Source: Squalus acanthias
Taxonomy: Eukaryota
Direction of reading: 5' to 3'
DNA length: 64,000 nucleotides
NCBI GenBank assembly: GCA_030390025.1
Contig: CM059432.1
Span: forward strand, 57,476,001-57,540,000
The number at the start of each line of letters is the position of its first letter. The stretch's first letter is position 1. This document shows, piece after piece, positions 59,994 through 64,000 of this stretch. The position numbers and the translations under genes were made by a program. The notes under the pieces were generated by a model. The model had not been told where the DNA came from. It ran no database searches and saw only the letters and a list, made by a program, of their open reading frames with translations.

Positions 59994-62100
59994 GGGCCTA
60001 GAAATTCGATCGCACTGCGCCTATTTTTTGGGCACTAAACAGCCACATTAGCTTCCAATAAGGCGGGCAAGAAGTGTGTGCTCAATTTGAGCCAGAAGTG
60101 TGTCGCTCGCCATATTGGATCAGGTTTCTCCGTAGGCATCCAGAGCAAATGCCAGAACTAGTTAAAGCAATGATGCATTTAAGGGGATAAGCATATAAGG
60201 GAGAAGGGAATAGAGGGTTATGCTGATAGAGTTGGATGAAGAAGGATTGGAGGAGGCTCGAGTGGAGCATAAATGCCGGTATGGACTGGTTGGGCCGAAT
60301 GGCCTGTTTCTGTGAAGTATATATTCATCACATGCTAATCTTGTCCAGCAACTCAAGGCGCTAACAGGCAAGAATGACCCTTCACCGGTGCTATTTTTAA
60401 GGGATCATACAGTACTTACAGGTTAGTTGCTGGTTTGTCATTTCAGGCTGCTGGTTAACTTCTGGGCGTTTTTGGGCCTATTTTCTGACTCTGGTAAGTT
60501 TGACTGCTGAGAAGAAGATTTTGCTGCCGGTTGCGCTATTTTTCACTGCCTTCTAAACAGTTTAACTGCAGTCACGAGTGGTCTGGTAAGGCTGTCTTTG
60601 GGGTTGGAGGAGGAGGGGGAGCAGCAAGGAAGACAGCAGAGAGCAGGAGCAGATGCAACAAGAGGGAGGAGGAGGGGGCACTGCGCAGGAGGCCATACTC
60701 ACAGCAGTTATTCAGGGAGTAGTTCTACATGATCTACATGGAGTAACAATAAATGAGGCACCTTTTCTTCACAAAAGAGGCTGTCACCGAGCTATGTCAC
60801 CTGCTGCAATCCTAACTCGAGCCGTGCACCAGAGCATGGACAGCACTACCTGTGGCTGTCAAGGTCACCGTGGCCCTTAACTTTAATGCCAGGGGCTCCT
60901 TTCAGGCTACAGCAAGTGACATCAGTGACATATCACAATTCGCAGTCCACCACTGTATCAAGGAGGTCACTGAGGCTCTACACCAGGAGGAACACCTACA
61001 TCTTGTACACCCATGGACAGTCAAAGCAGGGCGAGAAATTCCTCGGCTTTGCCCACATGGCAGGCTTCCCCAGGTACAAGGTGCAGTAGCCTGTAGCCAC
61101 ATTGCCTTGCGTGCTCCACATCACCAGCTTGGCAGCTTTATCAATCAAAAGGGATTCCACTCCCTCAACGTACAGCTGGTATGTGACCACAGGCACACAT
61201 ACTACAGGTCTGTGCTCAGTATCCTGGCAGCAGTCAATACTCATTCATCTGCACCAATCCTCTGTGTCACTATTCCAGCCAGGTGTCAAGATATGGCTCA
61301 TGAGTCCTGTCAGAAACCTGGGCACAGCTTCAGAGCTGGTGTACAACGAGAGCCATGTCACCTCAAGAAACGTGAAAGAACAAACAATCGGTGTGCTCAA
61401 ACAACACTTTCGCTGTCTGGACCGTTCTGGAGTGGGGTTGCAGTACACCCTTGTGGGGTATCCAGATTTGTGGTCGTCTGCTGCATGCTCTATAAGTTTG
61501 CAATCATGAGGGACCAGTCCTTACCACCACCTGGGCAACAAGAAGTGCAGCAGGAGCAGGAGCAATTCTTATCACCACCATCCTTACTGCCACCATCTGA
61601 TTGCCTTCCTTCAGTCCAGCCTTATGAGTCTTGCCCTCACTTCATTACAAATATAAACAACACCAAATCCAGAACAAAAAACAAATTTATTGAACAACTC
61701 AATTATATCTCTAACAGTTAATAGAAATAATTATGAATCACCCTTGTGCAAGCCCTTGGTGCCTGTCTTGTGTGTTCATTTACCTATCCTAGTGCTCCTA
61801 TGAAGTGTTTATCCAATGGCTACAGGTTGGGAGGTGGAAGGCTGAGCTTCCATTGAGGACATTTCAGATAGCTGTGGAGGGCGACCTCGAGCGGCTCTGG
61901 GCCTTAAGGGCCTGGCTGCAGACTCCAGCATCTCAGTGTGGGCCAGGGCAGTCTGGGCCAGCTGGCTGTGTGGCACTAAAAAGGGCACTGGTTGAGTAGG
62001 TGCCGGGGCAGCAGGCAAGCAGATGACCTGAGAGAGGACAGCAGGGGCCTCTCACATACAGCCAAGGCCACTTTTCTGGGACTCAAAACTCCTGCGGCTG
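59994..62100 (+). mobile_element. Decayed Harbinger: TIR, transposase (+, ~60600-61570), Myb C-terminus (-, ~61735-62080)
   Basis: TIR GGGCCTAGAAATTC preceded by [49 protein letters not shown]. Confidence 0.87.
60165..60328 (+). mobile_element. Short CR1 3' end
   Basis: GGACTGGTTGGGCCGAATGGCCTGTTTCTGTG 3' UTR. Confidence 0.75.
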
Positions 62101-63081
62101 TACGCAAGAACAGAGTGAAATTTAGCAGATATGCTTTGCTTGGAAGGCATCAGTTGCATAGATGTTCAAGGCAGTGGTCACTGTGACAACGTCTGACAGA
62201 GGTATCCCTGTCCTGGAATTTATTTGAAGCTCTGGTGCATTGGAGACAGCTATGTTTCCATAGTGAATTGTAGATAGTTCTCCTAAATGTCTAGGCAGGA
62301 GCCTTGGTGTGTAGACATGGGTTAGGTAATGGTGGGGACAAAACTGCCTCACGTGCAAATATACCTTTCTTTCATGCCTAGTCAGACTCTCTTCTACTCG
62401 ATAACCAAAAAATAGAGAAGTATATCCAGAAGGATGCCCAGCTTCAGAATTATGTTTGAGGCAAATTAAATTGCAGCTGGCAACAAGCCACATAGGAGGC
62501 TGTAAATGAGTGTGAAAATTGCAGTAAGTACACCACAGGTGAAGCTAACAGCAAATATAATGAAAAAAATGCAAAGAAACTTAATTAACAAATATGGTAG
62601 CGAAGAGAATTGTAAAGCTAATAATGAAATTCCTCTTTAAGACTACAATATCCAAAATAGATTAAAGTGCTGTAACTGCAGGGCCCATTTGAACAAGCGC
62701 CCAACAACTTTAGTGTATTCTTGGCCAAAAAACATGGGGAATGGTGCCCAATTCATTAACATATCTTTCAAGAGATTAATGACAGTACCCCATGGTTTTT
62801 CCTCTGCAATGTAAAGGTGGCTTTGCTGAATGGTGCATTTTGTAAATGGGGTGAACAAGAGGCCTAAGGCCTGTTTGCTAAATTTCACAATCCCACTCGC
62901 TTAATTGGTACCCGGTTACTACAGCAGACAACTATATAATTGGTTGTTTAAACCCATGTTTTCCTCTTTAATGGAAATTTGTGTCTGAAACCCAAAATTT
63001 TGGTGTGAATAATGTTTAACAACAGGAATATATTTTGCTCATGTTGTGTTCATCACTCACAAGTTCTTTCAACAAGCCTGC

Positions 63082-63330
63082 ATGTCTGGCCATATTTCAT
63101 GGAAAGCTAAGTTCAGCAACTGGAATCTGGATGTCCTTGTGGATAATGTACTTGAGATGCAGAACTTTTTCTTTGGAGTGAGAGCCAACCTGCAATAAAA
63201 CTCGGGAGGCAGGCAGGGTGGGCAGTGATTTGAGCTTGCATCATTTCAAGGTTCAGGAACCAAAGGCTCTGGAATGATATGCGCAAAAGGTTCTGCAACA
63301 TGAAGTGGGTCGCCGCCATTACTTTTGAAT
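63082..63330 (+). pseudogene. Isolated, old Myb/SANT-like exon remnant (Harbinger type)
   Basis: KAKFSNWNLDVLVDNV...FG then, after a stop/frameshift, RLWNDMRKRFCNMK. Confidence 0.55.
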
Positions 63331-63427
63331 ATAACTTATTATACAGGCTCTTTCAGAAAAGAATACACTGGGCTGCAATCATCTGTATTAATGTGCAGCA
63401 ATTTATTTTCTCGACTAAGATAAAACA

Positions 63428-64000
63428 AGATACTGTTCTCTGCAGCCGAGAGAGTGAGTCCCGAAGGCTGTGTTGCCTGCCCGGTGCCAGGGTAAAGGAC
63501 ATCTCCTCTGGGCTGCAGACAAACTTAGAGTGGGAGGGGAAAGATCCAGTTGTCATGGTCCATGTAGGTACCAACGACATAGGTAGGACAAAGAAAGAGG
63601 TTCTGCTAAGGGAGTATGAGCAGCTAGGGGCTAAATTAAAAAGCAGAACCACAAAGGTAATTTACCCTGGATTACTACCTGAGCCAAGTGCAAATTGGCA
63701 TAGGGTAAATAAGATGAACGAGTGGCTCAAAGACTGGTGTGAGAGAAATGGGTTTCAATTCCTGGGGCACTGGCACCAGTACTGGGATAAGAGGGAGCTG
63801 TGCCGTCGAGTTGGGCTTCATTTGAACCAGGCTGGGGCCAGTGTCCTGGCGCATCGAATAACTAGGGCTGTAGATAGGGCTTTAAAGTAAATAGTGGGGG
63901 GGAGGGATACGCTGAGCGGAAATTAAAAAAGTCAAAGAAAAATGAGAAGGCAAAAGTGCAGGGTAACGATAGGGGTAATGATAACCAGAGTGTGACAGGA
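63428..64000 (+). mobile_element. CR1 ORF1 esterase region and ORF2 start (continues off the right edge)
   Basis: CCLPGARVKDI..VHVGTNDIG..GLHLN; close to 14090-14510. Confidence 0.92.

Noticed and set aside
62643..62888. 81-aa minus-strand ORF in unique DNA
   Set aside because: No recognisable homology or paired splice sites.

Overview
Repeat-saturated vertebrate DNA, almost certainly from a cartilaginous fish (shark/ray-type CR1 LINEs, Deu-domain and HE1-like SINEs). I found no recognisable host protein-coding gene; one weak minus-strand exon candidate lies at 59090-59215. The window is a deeply nested set of transposon remnants. It holds about nine PIF/Harbinger DNA-transposon remnants (convergent DDE transposase plus 3-exon Myb/SANT gene; the copy at 3805-7567 is nearly intact) and several Harbinger-type MITEs. 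It also holds many vertebrate-type CR1 LINEs (one nearly full length, with 77-bp 5' tandem repeats) and six copies of a second CR1-clade LINE ('LINE-B'), whose full-length copy begins with a tRNA-derived SINE-like head. There is one complete Mag-type Gypsy element (120-bp LTRs, tRNA-Ser PBS, 5-bp TSD), and two Penelope-like 3' ends, each with a minimal hammerhead ribozyme. The most interesting observations are: (i) two ~750-bp MITE relatives that keep the same ordered array of five internal hairpins despite different stem sequences; (ii) the ORF1-less LINE with a Pol III-type head; (iii) the hammerheads; (iv) a ~1.4-kb CR1 inflated to ~15 kb by nested insertions; (v) an inverted Harbinger pair. 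Family names come from recalled motifs, not database searches. Boundaries not marked by a TIR, TSD or splice site are approximate.
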